Virus record (IMG/VR): IMGVR_UViG_3300035675_000004 | Span: 36,943 to 100,942 of that record | Length of the DNA stretch: 64,000 nt | DNA from: a virus | Direction: 5' to 3' (one strand) | In this document: in pieces, positions 46,788 through 57,006 of the stretch | How positions within the stretch are numbered: the stretch's first letter is position 1 | Layout of the letters: each line of letters starts with the position of its first letter | Notes under the pieces: generated by a model | What the model saw: only the letters and a program-made list of their open reading frames with translations | The model's database searches: none | Told to the model about the DNA's origin: nothing | Translations under genes and position numbers: made by a program

Positions 46788-47423
46788 ATGTCAAGCAGAG
46801 ATAAATACGAAAAACCAAAACCATTAGATTATTACAAGGGCGACATAGCCAAAAATTATGAAGCCTACAGAAAACCTAAGGCGACTTGGGGATTGGAACA
46901 CAAGGCGGTTGAGAATTATATCTATAGACAATCGGATATCGAAAGTGTCTTAGATGTTCCATTTGGCACAGGGCGATTTGTTCCCATCTATCTTAAAAAA
47001 CAGTTAGAAATACACGGCGTAGAAATTTCCATTGATATGATAAATGTCGCCAAGAATATTCTGAAAGAAAATTTCTTGAAGTGTAATGTTCTCGCTGCTA
47101 ATTCTGTTAAAATGCCCTACAAAGACAATTCTTTTGATCTTTTAGTGTGTGCCAGATTTATAACAGCCATCATTCCTTTCGGCGATGTTAAAGCATCACT
47201 CAGGGAGTTTGTTCGTGTCACCAAGAAATATATGATACTGGAAATAGGTCACAGGAATACAAAACTTCCCCGTTCAAGATTACCGATGGACAACGAAAAA
47301 ATGGCTTACTGGTTTTATCCGGATGAGATAAAAGAAATGTTATGGAATATGGGAATTGAGGACATTGAAAGCGTTCCGGTTGCGGCCGATCAATATATTC
47401 ATTGGTGTAAAAGACATGGCTAA
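46788..47423 (+). CDS. Class I SAM-dependent methyltransferase
   Basis: VLDVPFGTGRF, GVEIS.DM, MPYKDNSFD, LREFVRV. Confidence 0.9.
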   Translation: MSSRDKYEKPKPLDYYKGDIAKNYEAYRKPKATWGLEHKAVENYIYRQSDIESVLDVPFGTGRFVPIYLKKQLEIHGVEISIDMINVAKNILKENFLKCNVLAANSVKMPYKDNSFDLLVCARFITAIIPFGDVKASLREFVRVTKKYMILEIGHRNTKLPRSRLPMDNEKMAYWFYPDEIKEMLWNMGIEDIESVPVAADQYIHWCKRHG

Positions 47424-47988
47424 AATTATAGAGTTCATGGGGCCCCTCGGTGTAGGGAAAACTGCTCTACACATTGAGATGAAACGCATCTATAATGGAA
47501 GCGATGTGTATGGATTTCCACCTAAAGACGGTCTTTGGAAACTCCATGCAGAAGAACTATACAGATATATTTCTGATAATAACAACCACAAATATATTAT
47601 AACAGAGTCAGTTTTTTTAGTAGTAATGATGGAGCAGCTACGGCTAAAAGTAAAACACGATAAATATAATCTAAATCGCTTAAAAAGACTGAAAGTGAAC
47701 AGCGCGGCCGGAGCAGCCGGGAGATATCCTAATGTCTATATAGTATTTAATCTGTATACAGATATAGACACTATAGTAATGAGAAGTTTTAAAAGATCAA
47801 AAATTCATCTCGATAAAAAAGTGGTGACAATTTTATTGGATTTTTATGCTAAGATAGCAGAGGGAGCCAGAAAGTCTAACATTTTGGTTTATGATATTGA
47901 TACAACAAAACCAATACAGACAACAACTGCATTGGTCAGACAATTAATGGAATATCATCAAGACCATTCATTTTCATATTATACTTAA
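47416..47988 (+). CDS. P-loop kinase (NMP/small-molecule kinase-like)
   Basis: IIEFMGPLGVGKT; R...R lid; IDTTKPI. Confidence 0.7.
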   Translation: MAKIIEFMGPLGVGKTALHIEMKRIYNGSDVYGFPPKDGLWKLHAEELYRYISDNNNHKYIITESVFLVVMMEQLRLKVKHDKYNLNRLKRLKVNSAAGAAGRYPNVYIVFNLYTDIDTIVMRSFKRSKIHLDKKVVTILLDFYAKIAEGARKSNILVYDIDTTKPIQTTTALVRQLMEYHQDHSFSYYT

Positions 47989-47992
47989 TAAA

Positions 47993-49009
47993 ATGGACAT
48001 AGTAATTATTGATGCCTATCCGGCCACAGATACCAAATGCAATATCCTGATTGATATGATACATCATATCAGAAGTGTAGTGGTCTATCCTATTGCGCTT
48101 GTGTCTCATTTTATCATCCCTCAAAAAATAGTCTCAATGGTTGACTATTACATTTTCGATAATCATAATCCTCTCTGTAACACCGGCTATTCTGTTTGGT
48201 ATCATCATACCACAAAAGATTTGAAGATTATTACCAAGAGAGAAACGGGCTATCACGCCCTTGGCTGTTACACTTCCATAAAGAACGCGGCGATGCTCTT
48301 TCAAGACAGGTATGTGAACGGTCACTTTTTGGAATATGATGTTCTGCCGCACTATCACAATTACTTTGTGACAATGGCAGAACATTTGAAAAATCACAAA
48401 TTCGTGGGCGGCAAGTATTTCGTGCCGAGCCAAAAGCTTAACGGAATTGTCACGGATTTCTTTTCTTTCAATCTCAACTGGCTCAACGATAGATTGCCGG
48501 ATATGAGAAATTGGAAAGACTACGAAATAAGGTCAAAAGGCACGCCAGATTATCTGATACTTGAAGGATGGTTTCACAATCATTTTACCACGAATGATAT
48601 GATGAAGGATTGTTATTTTCTTTCACCGGAAGAACAGGCGGCTGCTGTTAAGCGTGTGAATATAGAGGTGCCGGATAACAGGGAGCCGGCCTTGAGAGTA
48701 TTTCTATCTGAAACAGACAACCATAAATTGATGTTATTCATGCATCTATATTCGCCCACAGAAATATCTGTTCTGGATGTGACGGTTAATATAAATGGTC
48801 GGATATCTCAGCAGACATTACATCGGGGAGCAATACTGTGGTACAAGATAGAAAAGTATGGTACAGTGAAGGTTGCTTCTAAAGAGCAGGCAATCGAGTT
48901 TATAATAGACCCCGAGAAGGAATATCTTGATACACAATTCAGGTTTTATGACGATAAAATCAAGTGCCTCAAGTGGAATGACCGCTTTAACGAGGGATTT
49001 ATTCCCTGA
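47993..49009 (+). CDS. Hypothetical protein, possibly glycosyltransferase-related
   Basis: 338-aa ORF; LVSHF, HFLEYD; located in the sugar island. Confidence 0.6.
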   Translation: MDIVIIDAYPATDTKCNILIDMIHHIRSVVVYPIALVSHFIIPQKIVSMVDYYIFDNHNPLCNTGYSVWYHHTTKDLKIITKRETGYHALGCYTSIKNAAMLFQDRYVNGHFLEYDVLPHYHNYFVTMAEHLKNHKFVGGKYFVPSQKLNGIVTDFFSFNLNWLNDRLPDMRNWKDYEIRSKGTPDYLILEGWFHNHFTTNDMMKDCYFLSPEEQAAAVKRVNIEVPDNREPALRVFLSETDNHKLMLFMHLYSPTEISVLDVTVNINGRISQQTLHRGAILWYKIEKYGTVKVASKEQAIEFIIDPEKEYLDTQFRFYDDKIKCLKWNDRFNEGFIP

Positions 49010-49060
49010 TTTCCATAAATGCCCCCCTATCTGGGCCGTGGATCAGATAATAAGCAAAAG

Positions 49061-49092
49061 AAAACCCCTCCAGATTGCTCTGGCGGGGTTTT
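49061..49092. terminator. Bidirectional terminator at convergence point
   Basis: AAAACCCCTCCAGA-TTGC-TCTGGCGGGGTTTT between convergent genes. Confidence 0.8.
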
Positions 49093-49111
49093 AATTGTTA
49101 TACCCTAACTC

Positions 49112-49321
49112 TTATGGTTTGGTTCTCCATACATCAGGTTTTTGTCCAGTTGACCAGTACTTTGGTGGTTTCTCAGGTTGTCCTGTATCAAAGGTATCTG
49201 GCTCAGGTTGTGCTGAGCCGGTCTGTGGGCCGGTAGCCTCTAAGATATCTTCAAACTGTTCGTCACCTGCCATAGGCTTCCTTACGCCTTTTCTTTCTGA
49301 CCCTAATAAATCATCAAACAT
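49112..49321 (-). CDS. Hypothetical protein
   Basis: AAGGGAG RBS; N-terminus MFDDLL similar to ORF 61518-61715 (MFEDIL). Confidence 0.6.
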   Translation of the reverse strand: MFDDLLGSERKGVRKPMAGDEQFEDILEATGPQTGSAQPEPDTFDTGQPEKPPKYWSTGQKPDVWRTKP

Positions 49322-49505
49322 AAGTGTCCACTCCCTTCTTTTTGTCTGTGCTTTCTATCTCCGGTACCACGATGTCGTTGCTTGATATTCTCGCTTCGCA
49401 CATCATAGATAAAATACGGAGAAATCGTTTATAATCGTCCTTACTGTAGGACGATTTTATTCTGTTTAAAAACACTCTTATTTGGTGTAATTCCATTTCT
49501 ATCAT
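49314..49505 (-). CDS. Hypothetical protein, probably leaderless
   Basis: ATG lies 7 nt downstream of the -10 box. Confidence 0.55.
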   Translation of the reverse strand: MIEMELHQIRVFLNRIKSSYSKDDYKRFLRILSMMCEARISSNDIVVPEIESTDKKKGVDTYV

Positions 49506-49511
49506 ACTATG

Positions 49512-49541
49512 ATTATATCATAGAAATGGTAGGAAGTAAAC
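49512..49541 (-). promoter_or_regulatory. Early-type promoter
   Basis: GTTTACT, 17-nt spacer, TG-A-TATAAT on minus strand. Confidence 0.75.
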
Positions 49542-49557
49542 CACCGTGTACACCTAT

Positions 49558-50127
49558 TTATTTGACGGCCTCAATAAATAGGGATCCGTGCGGATACCTG
49601 TCCAGACCGTCTATTTGCATTTCTGGAAACTTACTTTTCTTGAATTTTGTCTTGTAGATATTCTTGAACCCGGCCCTATTGAGAAGGAAAAAAAGATAAT
49701 CGCTGTCATAAGCCATACAATGACCATTGTGATTGTCACCCGGTTTGCTTGAGTACATCCAGCTGACAAACTGTGCACCAATGGGTGCTGGGGGCGGTTC
49801 CCTCAGTAGGCAATCGAGTTGTTTGAAAAAATCTACATCTTTCTTGATATAAGCTTTTATCGCTGCTCTCAAATCCGGCACAATAATTCTGGCCGCGCCG
49901 CCAGGTTTCAATACCCTGTAAAATTCCGAGAGAACAAAATCAACCTTTTGTGGAATAATATGTTCAAGGGTATGTGATGAAAATACAAAATCTATACAAT
50001 TATTTTTATATGGTATTGGTTGTTTTGTTATATCACAATGTATATCAAACTTACCATTGAGATCTACAATAACCCAATTTTTTATGCGCGGGTGGTTTTT
50101 TCCGCCACCAATATTTAATCCTATCAC
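49558..50127 (-). CDS. Methyltransferase (type 11)
   Basis: LNIGGG, SSHTLEHI, EFYRVLKPGG, VPD. Confidence 0.88.
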   Translation of the reverse strand: MIGLNIGGGKNHPRIKNWVIVDLNGKFDIHCDITKQPIPYKNNCIDFVFSSHTLEHIIPQKVDFVLSEFYRVLKPGGAARIIVPDLRAAIKAYIKKDVDFFKQLDCLLREPPPAPIGAQFVSWMYSSKPGDNHNGHCMAYDSDYLFFLLNRAGFKNIYKTKFKKSKFPEMQIDGLDRYPHGSLFIEAVK

Positions 50128-50705
50128 TTTACTGCCTCCACTATCAACTGCCCAAACATTTTTCTGTCAAGACCCGGATGTGTTAATTCTTCATATTTAC
50201 TTTCACCGGGCTTTTCCTGATAAATATTCTCGAACCCCGCTGTTTTCAGATACCACTGCAATGTTTCAAAGTCAAATGCGTTATGATGCCCTGTTTCTTT
50301 CTCCGCATGCTGGTAAAGCCACACCGCAACCCTATGGCCAGGCGGTTCACTAAGTCTATTCAGAGGGTCTTTACATTGTTTCCAGTATTCAATATCGTTC
50401 TCTATATATGCTTTACAAAGTTGCCACAAATCCGGCACACAAATCCTCACAACGCCTTCGGGTTTCAATACTCTGTAAAATTGATTAAAGACAAAATCCA
50501 CCTGTTTATAGCGAATGTGTTCTAATGTATTTGATGTAAAAATATAAGATACTGTGCCTGTTTCAAAAGGCAATGCTGTGGTGGCTATGTTACATATAAC
50601 ATCGTATTCCCCGGCAATATCAACCACCGTCCAATCTTTCATCTTGTCATTTGGATGATTTACGCCTCCGCCGATGTTCAATTTTATTTCTACTGGCGCA
50701 CCCAT
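50124..50705 (-). CDS. Methyltransferase (type 11), tandem paralog of 49558
   Basis: LNIGGG, SNTLEHI, FYRVLKPEG, VPD, ends EAVK. Confidence 0.88.
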   Translation of the reverse strand: MGAPVEIKLNIGGGVNHPNDKMKDWTVVDIAGEYDVICNIATTALPFETGTVSYIFTSNTLEHIRYKQVDFVFNQFYRVLKPEGVVRICVPDLWQLCKAYIENDIEYWKQCKDPLNRLSEPPGHRVAVWLYQHAEKETGHHNAFDFETLQWYLKTAGFENIYQEKPGESKYEELTHPGLDRKMFGQLIVEAVK

Positions 50706-51565
50706 AATACACTCCTCACTATCTTTGGACTAACTTCGCCTCCCATTTTTTGTTTGTGAGGCAAACAGGAAAAATTAATACAATCTTCCACCTTCATCTT
50801 TGTTGCATCATATAAACCCCTACCGGAGTCAAAGACTTTTATCGGTTGATATCCAGCTTCTCTAAATTTATCTGGAACAGGAACAGCAGCGGAATTGATA
50901 TATTTGAATACAAAGCCAAGTTTAAGAAGTTCTCTTACAGGTCTCACCAAATCATCTTCCTCGGTATAAAACTGTGGATGAACTTCCATCAATATCTTAC
51001 AGGGAAATGGTTTGGCGAACATCGGTAACATTCCCTTCAATGCTGTAGTCTCGGCTCCCTCGATATCCATTTTTATGAAATTCGGAATACCCTTGTCCAT
51101 CATAAAGGCTTCGAGTGTTGTAACTTGCACACCGATTACATCACCCTTTGTATTATGTGTAGGTGTAAGACTATTCAGATTTGTTGCGTCAGACAGATAA
51201 AATTTGGCAAATCCTATGGTATCAGAGATAGCCACCTGATGAACAGACACACAATCTTCATAACCGTTAGCCTTTACAGACATACTAAGCAATTCTGTAT
51301 TCCGCGGGTCAGGTTCTATTGCGTAAACGTGTCCTCTACCATTCTTTACTATAGAGGCCGCAAGTAATGTATTGAAGCCGATATTAGCCCCCAAGTCCAC
51401 CACCACCATTCCCTTCTGGAGCTCTTGTGTCATTACATAATTAAACTCTGGCTCTCTCGGCCAGACCCCCGGACGATCTTTCCAGTTTCTCATCTTGTGT
51501 ATTCCACCACCATCTTTCAGAAAGAACATCTTGTGGTTCATCACTCTATTTTCTACTATCTTCAT
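50690..51565 (-). CDS. FkbM-family methyltransferase
   Basis: VDLGANIG, AIEP, IKMDIEGAE. Confidence 0.92.
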   Translation of the reverse strand: MKIVENRVMNHKMFFLKDGGGIHKMRNWKDRPGVWPREPEFNYVMTQELQKGMVVVDLGANIGFNTLLAASIVKNGRGHVYAIEPDPRNTELLSMSVKANGYEDCVSVHQVAISDTIGFAKFYLSDATNLNSLTPTHNTKGDVIGVQVTTLEAFMMDKGIPNFIKMDIEGAETTALKGMLPMFAKPFPCKILMEVHPQFYTEEDDLVRPVRELLKLGFVFKYINSAAVPVPDKFREAGYQPIKVFDSGRGLYDATKMKVEDCINFSCLPHKQKMGGEVSPKIVRSVLWVRQ

Positions 51566-51885
51566 AATTGTGAAATCCTCTTTTTACATTCCGAACAAGC
51601 CGGATTTAGTGCTCTATCGTCTATCCAATATGTATAATATGGTTTGTATAATATAAATTCGTGATACTTGACACCCCATTCATCAAATTGTTTTTTTGTC
51701 AATTCTGTCCAATCTTTCTTTGTAACAGTACCTCTCGCTGACCAATAGATTATTTTATAACCAGCATCATACAACCTATTTATTTCATCAACCCACTCCG
51801 GCCTCGGCGTAGAATTGTGATGATTACCATCGGGCGCTTCAAAAGAAATGGTTCCATCAATGTCAACTATTATCGTTTTTTCCAT
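51562..51885 (-). CDS. Capless HAD-family phosphatase
   Basis: IVDIDGTI, WSARG, KP, IDD. Confidence 0.88.
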   Translation of the reverse strand: MEKTIIVDIDGTISFEAPDGNHHNSTPRPEWVDEINRLYDAGYKIIYWSARGTVTKKDWTELTKKQFDEWGVKYHEFILYKPYYTYWIDDRALNPACSECKKRISQL

Positions 51886-52717
51886 AGGTATTTTTCCTTA
51901 GTTTATTTCTCACAATTTCTTCACCGGGGAACACCGTCCATTGGCCTGTTCCGGCACCCACCTTGGCTGTATGCGCATACTTCGCTATCGTCATAAATCC
52001 CTGAGGCTCGATGCTCGCTGATTGGTCGCTTCCGTACATTGACCTGTCGAGCGTAACATGAAACTCGACCATTTCTGCACCCAGTGAGATTGCAATAGCG
52101 GAGAACATAAGACCCGGACTATGATTGGAAAACCCTATCCTGTAAGATGGAAAATCATCTCTGAGCGTCTGGATGAAACGCATATTCATTTCTTCCGGCG
52201 GTGTAGGATAGGTAGATGTGCATGCAAGAATGTATTCAATCTGTGGCCCAAGATATTTCACACACGCTTCTACTTCTTCTTTGGTTGACATTCCTGTAGA
52301 AATAACCACTGGAATATCTGTTTTCTTTATTGCCTCAAGCAACTCAAAATTAGTAATAAGAGCGGATGGCACTTTTATGTATGGTGGATTGTATTGAGCC
52401 ATAAATTCTACAGATACAGGATCCCATACACTTGAGAACCAACCGATTTCTTTATAGCAACACAGCTGATGTATTTCATCATACTGTTCCTTTCCAAATT
52501 CAAGGCCCATTTTCTGTTCCCTGTTAGTTGTGCCCCACGGTGATTCGCGTGGTTTGTCCAGTTCTTCTTTTGTATAGACGATATCAATCGTCCTCTTTTG
52601 AAACTTCACATAATCAATGTCACACACAGATGCAAATCGTATCAGTTTCTTGGCTATATTGATATCACCGTTATGGTTGATACCAATATCTCCGACCAAT
52701 ATAACTTTATTTTGCAT
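51863..52717 (-). CDS. neuB: Nonulosonate synthase (NeuB family, short form lacking SAF/AFP domain)
   Basis: DIGINHNGD, VKFQKR, IKVPSA, ISTGMS, CTSTYP, GFSNH, EFHVTLDR.MYGSDQSASIEP. Confidence 0.92.
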   Translation of the reverse strand: MQNKVILVGDIGINHNGDINIAKKLIRFASVCDIDYVKFQKRTIDIVYTKEELDKPRESPWGTTNREQKMGLEFGKEQYDEIHQLCCYKEIGWFSSVWDPVSVEFMAQYNPPYIKVPSALITNFELLEAIKKTDIPVVISTGMSTKEEVEACVKYLGPQIEYILACTSTYPTPPEEMNMRFIQTLRDDFPSYRIGFSNHSPGLMFSAIAISLGAEMVEFHVTLDRSMYGSDQSASIEPQGFMTIAKYAHTAKVGAGTGQWTVFPGEEIVRNKLRKNTYGKNDNS

Positions 52718-53333
52718 TTTTAATCCTCCCCGGTGGATGTTTAGGCTTTGTGTATGATTTACTATCCCATTCCTCCAGCCAACCTACCACTTTTATTCTT
52801 TTCTCACTGAATTTCGGCAGATAATTCTTATTTGATATTTCGTGGAGAAATCTTTTATAATTATGAAGGGGTGCTACATACCATATTGCCTCTTTCCTTG
52901 ATATTCTAAGCAGCTCATCTATCTGTCGCTGAAAATCCGTATTGACGAGTTTTAGTATAGATGATTTGGCTATCAGGGAATGAAAGGTATCATTCTTGAA
53001 CATCGGCATTGTTTTTCCATCCCAGTATTTCACGGTTATTTCAAGGATTGATGTGTATCTACCGAAAATATCTTTCACTTCTTCATTATCTATATCAAGA
53101 CTTATTATGTGATTGAAACCGTTTTTTCTTCCTACATATTCACACCAACACGATCCTGCTCCAAAGTCAAGGATGCGGTCTGTCTTGTGCCCTCGATATG
53201 TATGACGCCAGAAATCCTCCCACCTTTTGGAGTATTTGTCGATATCAACAAACTCCATCCACCGTTTCATTCCCTTCTTGTCAATGTTTTTGAACATCTC
53301 TCTCTGTGTTTTTGTTATATACTTTATTCCCAT
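52707..53333 (-). CDS. Class I SAM-dependent methyltransferase
   Basis: ILDFGAG, SLDI, FKNDTFH; ATG 53333 overlaps upstream stop. Confidence 0.8.
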   Translation of the reverse strand: MGIKYITKTQREMFKNIDKKGMKRWMEFVDIDKYSKRWEDFWRHTYRGHKTDRILDFGAGSCWCEYVGRKNGFNHIISLDIDNEEVKDIFGRYTSILEITVKYWDGKTMPMFKNDTFHSLIAKSSILKLVNTDFQRQIDELLRISRKEAIWYVAPLHNYKRFLHEISNKNYLPKFSEKRIKVVGWLEEWDSKSYTKPKHPPGRIKNAK

Positions 53334-54127
53334 TAGTCTGCCGTCGGCACTCCCCAAAATGCACACTTATGTCCGCAAAATGGTATCTCTGCCCTTCTTC
53401 CCTCCACATGAAGTTTTTTCATTCTCATTCTTTTTTCGCAATTCCAGATTTCGTCCAGTGATTGATCTTTTATGTTGCCGAGGATCAATTCACCATCTGG
53501 ATCAAATCTGACACAACACGATACATTACCAAACCTGTCGATGGCCAGATGATTGAGAAAATCGAGACAGATACCGTGTTCTGGAACAGTAGGCGTTTTT
53601 CTGTAGCCTACAGAACCCTTTGGTAAATGTAATGTCCTTCTCACTCGCACGGCCTTTATAGATGCCCACTTGTTCTCATCTATCTTTCCCACAAACCTGA
53701 GCGTGGTATATGGTTTTGTGCTTCCCTTTAGAAAAAGAAAATCCCTGACGATAAAATATAATTTATTCTCTATATCCGATCTTTCATTTTCTATTATTGA
53801 GATTGATAGTGTGTCAAGATTGCCTATTATTTCACTTGCCTTCTCTTTGAGTAGTAATCCGTTTGTGACGATATTTGTGATACAGTGGGGAAACAGTTTC
53901 ACCGCATCACCAAATCTCGGATATACCAGTGGCTCACCATTATTGTGAAGCTGAACCATAATACCAGCCGGAACTTCTCTCGACACCTTCTCAAGAAGCT
54001 CAAAAGGAATGTCACCGTAATTCTGATCACCGTAAAGTTTTTCTCTTTCTCTACGACCACACATCCAGCATGCTTTATTGCACCTGCTTGATAATTCGAT
54101 ATTCACATATCCTAAACCGTTTAGCAT
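53333..54127 (-). CDS. Radical SAM protein with SPASM/twitch domain
   Basis: CNKACWMC, GEPL, TNG, GNVSCC, LGNI, C..C. Confidence 0.92.
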   Translation of the reverse strand: MLNGLGYVNIELSSRCNKACWMCGRREREKLYGDQNYGDIPFELLEKVSREVPAGIMVQLHNNGEPLVYPRFGDAVKLFPHCITNIVTNGLLLKEKASEIIGNLDTLSISIIENERSDIENKLYFIVRDFLFLKGSTKPYTTLRFVGKIDENKWASIKAVRVRRTLHLPKGSVGYRKTPTVPEHGICLDFLNHLAIDRFGNVSCCVRFDPDGELILGNIKDQSLDEIWNCEKRMRMKKLHVEGRRAEIPFCGHKCAFWGVPTAD

Positions 54128-54128
54128 A

Positions 54129-54872
54129 TCAAAACCCCTTTGACAGCCAGCCGCCGTCCACCACTATTGTTTGCCCAGTAATATAACTGGATGCCTCCGA
54201 TGCCAAGAAGATAGCGGGCCCCACTATTTCTTCGGGTTTACCGTATCTCTGTAAAACCATCCTATCTATTCTCTTTTGTCTCTCTATCGGATCATCATAT
54301 CCTTTGCGTGTCATATCAGTGAGGATGTAGCCGGGACAGATAGCATTCACTCTGACATTATATTGACCCCAATCCCTTGCAAGAAATCTTGTCATTCCTA
54401 CCATACCCGATTTGCTTATTCCGTAGGCTGGATTACCCGGTGTGCTCACAAACGCTCCAATGCTCGCGATATTTATGATGGAGCCTGTCCTATATCTTAT
54501 CATATTTTCGGCTACAAACTGTGAAAGCTTGAAAGGAGCAACCAAATTTGTATTCAATGTTTCCTCGAAATATTTATACGGATAGCGCTCAGAAGATACA
54601 GGGCCCCTTGTAATTCCGGCACAGTTTATCAGAACATCAATTTTGCCGAATTGTTTGATGATGCTGTCAACGCACTTCCGCATAATTTCTGTATCGGTAA
54701 TATCACCAATGGTCACCCATTCATTGTCGCTTATTTTCGTAATATCCTCATTTCTCACTATTCGTATAGTAATAGCCCCAGCATCATAAAATCCTTTTGC
54801 TATAGCAAAACCGATGCTGCCTTCTTTCCTGCTACCTGTTATCACTGTCACCTTTTTTGTCACATCAAACAT
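54129..54872 (-). CDS. SDR family oxidoreductase
   Basis: INCAG, YGISK, VRVNAICPG, ITGQ..VVDGG. Confidence 0.92.
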   Translation of the reverse strand: MFDVTKKVTVITGSRKEGSIGFAIAKGFYDAGAITIRIVRNEDITKISDNEWVTIGDITDTEIMRKCVDSIIKQFGKIDVLINCAGITRGPVSSERYPYKYFEETLNTNLVAPFKLSQFVAENMIRYRTGSIINIASIGAFVSTPGNPAYGISKSGMVGMTRFLARDWGQYNVRVNAICPGYILTDMTRKGYDDPIERQKRIDRMVLQRYGKPEEIVGPAIFLASEASSYITGQTIVVDGGWLSKGF

Positions 54873-55470
54873 ATGTTACCTCCAAGTTTTCGGTTGCTTT
54901 TACATTCGGGGATTTTGTCCAAATATAAAATTTTATGTCAGGGTATCTGCTAACTATATCGTGAAAAGTATCAACCATCCGTATTCGTTTTGCCTTCTCT
55001 TTCAGATAAGCCGATGTTTTCTGAAAAAGATAATCCCCCTCATAAAAATCCAGACCCACGATATACATTTTTGCTGGCGCTACATATCTACAGGCATTCT
55101 CAAGAGCATAATGTGATAAATTGATATACTTATATCTTCCAAAAAAATCGGCCATTTCTTCTGGAGCGACATAATAGTTTACACCGTAGCTGGTCAGTTT
55201 TGCTATTGTGTCTCTGTAGAGATATTTGTCCTTCTCCCTGACTACAAAATATACACTGTTTATATTGAATTTTTTATATATATCCGGCGGCAAGGTTTCT
55301 TCGGGGATTTTATTTATTACCTGTCCTATTTTCTTTTTCCTGAAAATGTCAGCGAAGTGATTTAGCTCTTTACTACAGTTGTTGAATACAACACAGTTAT
55401 CAAAGTTGGAGCCCACTTCCGGTAAATATCTTATGCTCTCGCCGCTTGCCACAATACCAAACGATTTCAT
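54865..55470 (-). CDS. Sialyltransferase-like protein (GT29/GT42/Maf-type)
   Basis: GIVASGESI...VVFNN...IVGLDFY; ATGA overlap start at 55470. Confidence 0.65.
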   Translation of the reverse strand: MKSFGIVASGESIRYLPEVGSNFDNCVVFNNCSKELNHFADIFRKKKIGQVINKIPEETLPPDIYKKFNINSVYFVVREKDKYLYRDTIAKLTSYGVNYYVAPEEMADFFGRYKYINLSHYALENACRYVAPAKMYIVGLDFYEGDYLFQKTSAYLKEKAKRIRMVDTFHDIVSRYPDIKFYIWTKSPNVKATENLEVTYV

Positions 55471-56177
55471 TTTTTCATCCTCACCCAATATTCTGAAATT
55501 TCTATATCTAGCGGGCCGTGTATATCCCGGCCTGTCACCCACGGCCTGATTATCGGTTTACATCTCTTTCCCATCCACCACCACGGCATCGGGCCCGACC
55601 GTTCTTTCACACAATTCTTTCTGAATGTCCACACACCCTGATCATAGAAATAAGCCTTCGGGTATGATTGTCTGTTCGTATGTGCTTCTCTTTCTTCTTT
55701 TCCATATGTTTCAAGTAAACCATCTTCACCTATCTGTAATGCTCTCATCGGATGATCGTCCTGTGCTTCCCACACAGACATCACGGAGTCCAAGTCTGGA
55801 TTGTTTTCCAGCATTTCAATGCTCTCCGTAATAAGCTCTGATGTGACCATTACTGTATTGCCCAGAAGAACGGTTACTATCTGTAAATTTGGGCACAATC
55901 CATTTTCAAGAAATTCTACACAATCTTTTATAACATCGCCGTGATTTACATCATCCCCTCTCAAGTGCTCTGGCCGAGAAAGCCACCCACACTCCAACGC
56001 CTCGGCTATTTTTTGTATATCTTCGCTGTCAGTTGATACATATACAGTATCTACTTTTGGTGATTTCTGTGCAGCTATGATTGGATAAAAAACAATCGGC
56101 ATACCATAAATAGCAGTCATATTTTTATTATTCGGCCCTTTCCGTGCCGTTACTATTGTTATGTTCTTCGCGCTCAT
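55467..56177 (-). CDS. Acylneuraminate/ulosonate cytidylyltransferase (NeuA-like)
   Basis: TARKG..NKN, VYVSTDS, RPEHL, DIH..LD. Confidence 0.88.
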   Translation of the reverse strand: MSAKNITIVTARKGPNNKNMTAIYGMPIVFYPIIAAQKSPKVDTVYVSTDSEDIQKIAEALECGWLSRPEHLRGDDVNHGDVIKDCVEFLENGLCPNLQIVTVLLGNTVMVTSELITESIEMLENNPDLDSVMSVWEAQDDHPMRALQIGEDGLLETYGKEEREAHTNRQSYPKAYFYDQGVWTFRKNCVKERSGPMPWWWMGKRCKPIIRPWVTGRDIHGPLDIEISEYWVRMKK

Positions 56178-57006
56178 AATGACATTCCTTTATACATTGT
56201 AATAAACCTTCACCAAAATCTATGGATTGTTCCGCGTTCACTCTTGTTACAGGTTCCAGAACAAATGAATATGGTGTTGTTTTGTAATGCTGGTATCTAT
56301 CTGGATTGTCCACATAGACCACATTTATTTTTTTCCCGAGCATTTCTTCGACTATTTTGAAAAGACTTTCGGTGGTGATTGCCGCACAGCCAGTTATCAA
56401 TACGGGCTTGTTGAGATAGTTTTCTGATAGTGTTACATCTACCGTAATTCTGGAAGCATCCTCTACGTGAATAAACTCCCTTCTCTCATCGGGTGTGCCG
56501 TCAAAATAGTATGTATCACTGTTCATCAATGTTCTACAGATATCCGATATCCTGTTCCATTCATTCGCTCCCGGCCCATACAGGCTACCATACCGTGTAA
56601 CAACATAATCCAGACCGTAAAGAGAATTATACTCTTTACACAATTCTTCCCCGGCCAATTTTGATATTTTGTAGAATGAACCATATCGTCCACTGACATA
56701 GACAGTACTGGCAAAAACAAATTTTTTGATGTGATTGTATTTGGCTGCCTCAAGGCATTGGATTGTTCCTAAAAGATTTATGTCGAAGGCTTCTATGGGA
56801 TGAGACTTACAGTAACCGATATCGGCCACAGCGGCGAGATGAATGAAATAGTCACAACCTCTTGTTTTCTCCAATAGGTTGTCATAGTCTTTTATGTTAT
56901 TACCGTCAGTAACATCATACTCGACAACTTCTATCTTTCTTTTCTGTAATTCATATACAATGTATTTGCCGAGGAAGCCCTTACTTCCTGTTATTATAGC
57001 CCTCAT
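56128..57006 (-). CDS. NAD-dependent epimerase/dehydratase
   Basis: TGSKGFLG, HLAA, YKISK, RYGSLYGP, REFIHVED. Confidence 0.9.
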   Translation of the reverse strand: MRAIITGSKGFLGKYIVYELQKRKIEVVEYDVTDGNNIKDYDNLLEKTRGCDYFIHLAAVADIGYCKSHPIEAFDINLLGTIQCLEAAKYNHIKKFVFASTVYVSGRYGSFYKISKLAGEELCKEYNSLYGLDYVVTRYGSLYGPGANEWNRISDICRTLMNSDTYYFDGTPDERREFIHVEDASRITVDVTLSENYLNKPVLITGCAAITTESLFKIVEEMLGKKINVVYVDNPDRYQHYKTTPYSFVLEPVTRVNAEQSIDFGEGLLQCIKECHYEREEHNNSNGTERAE

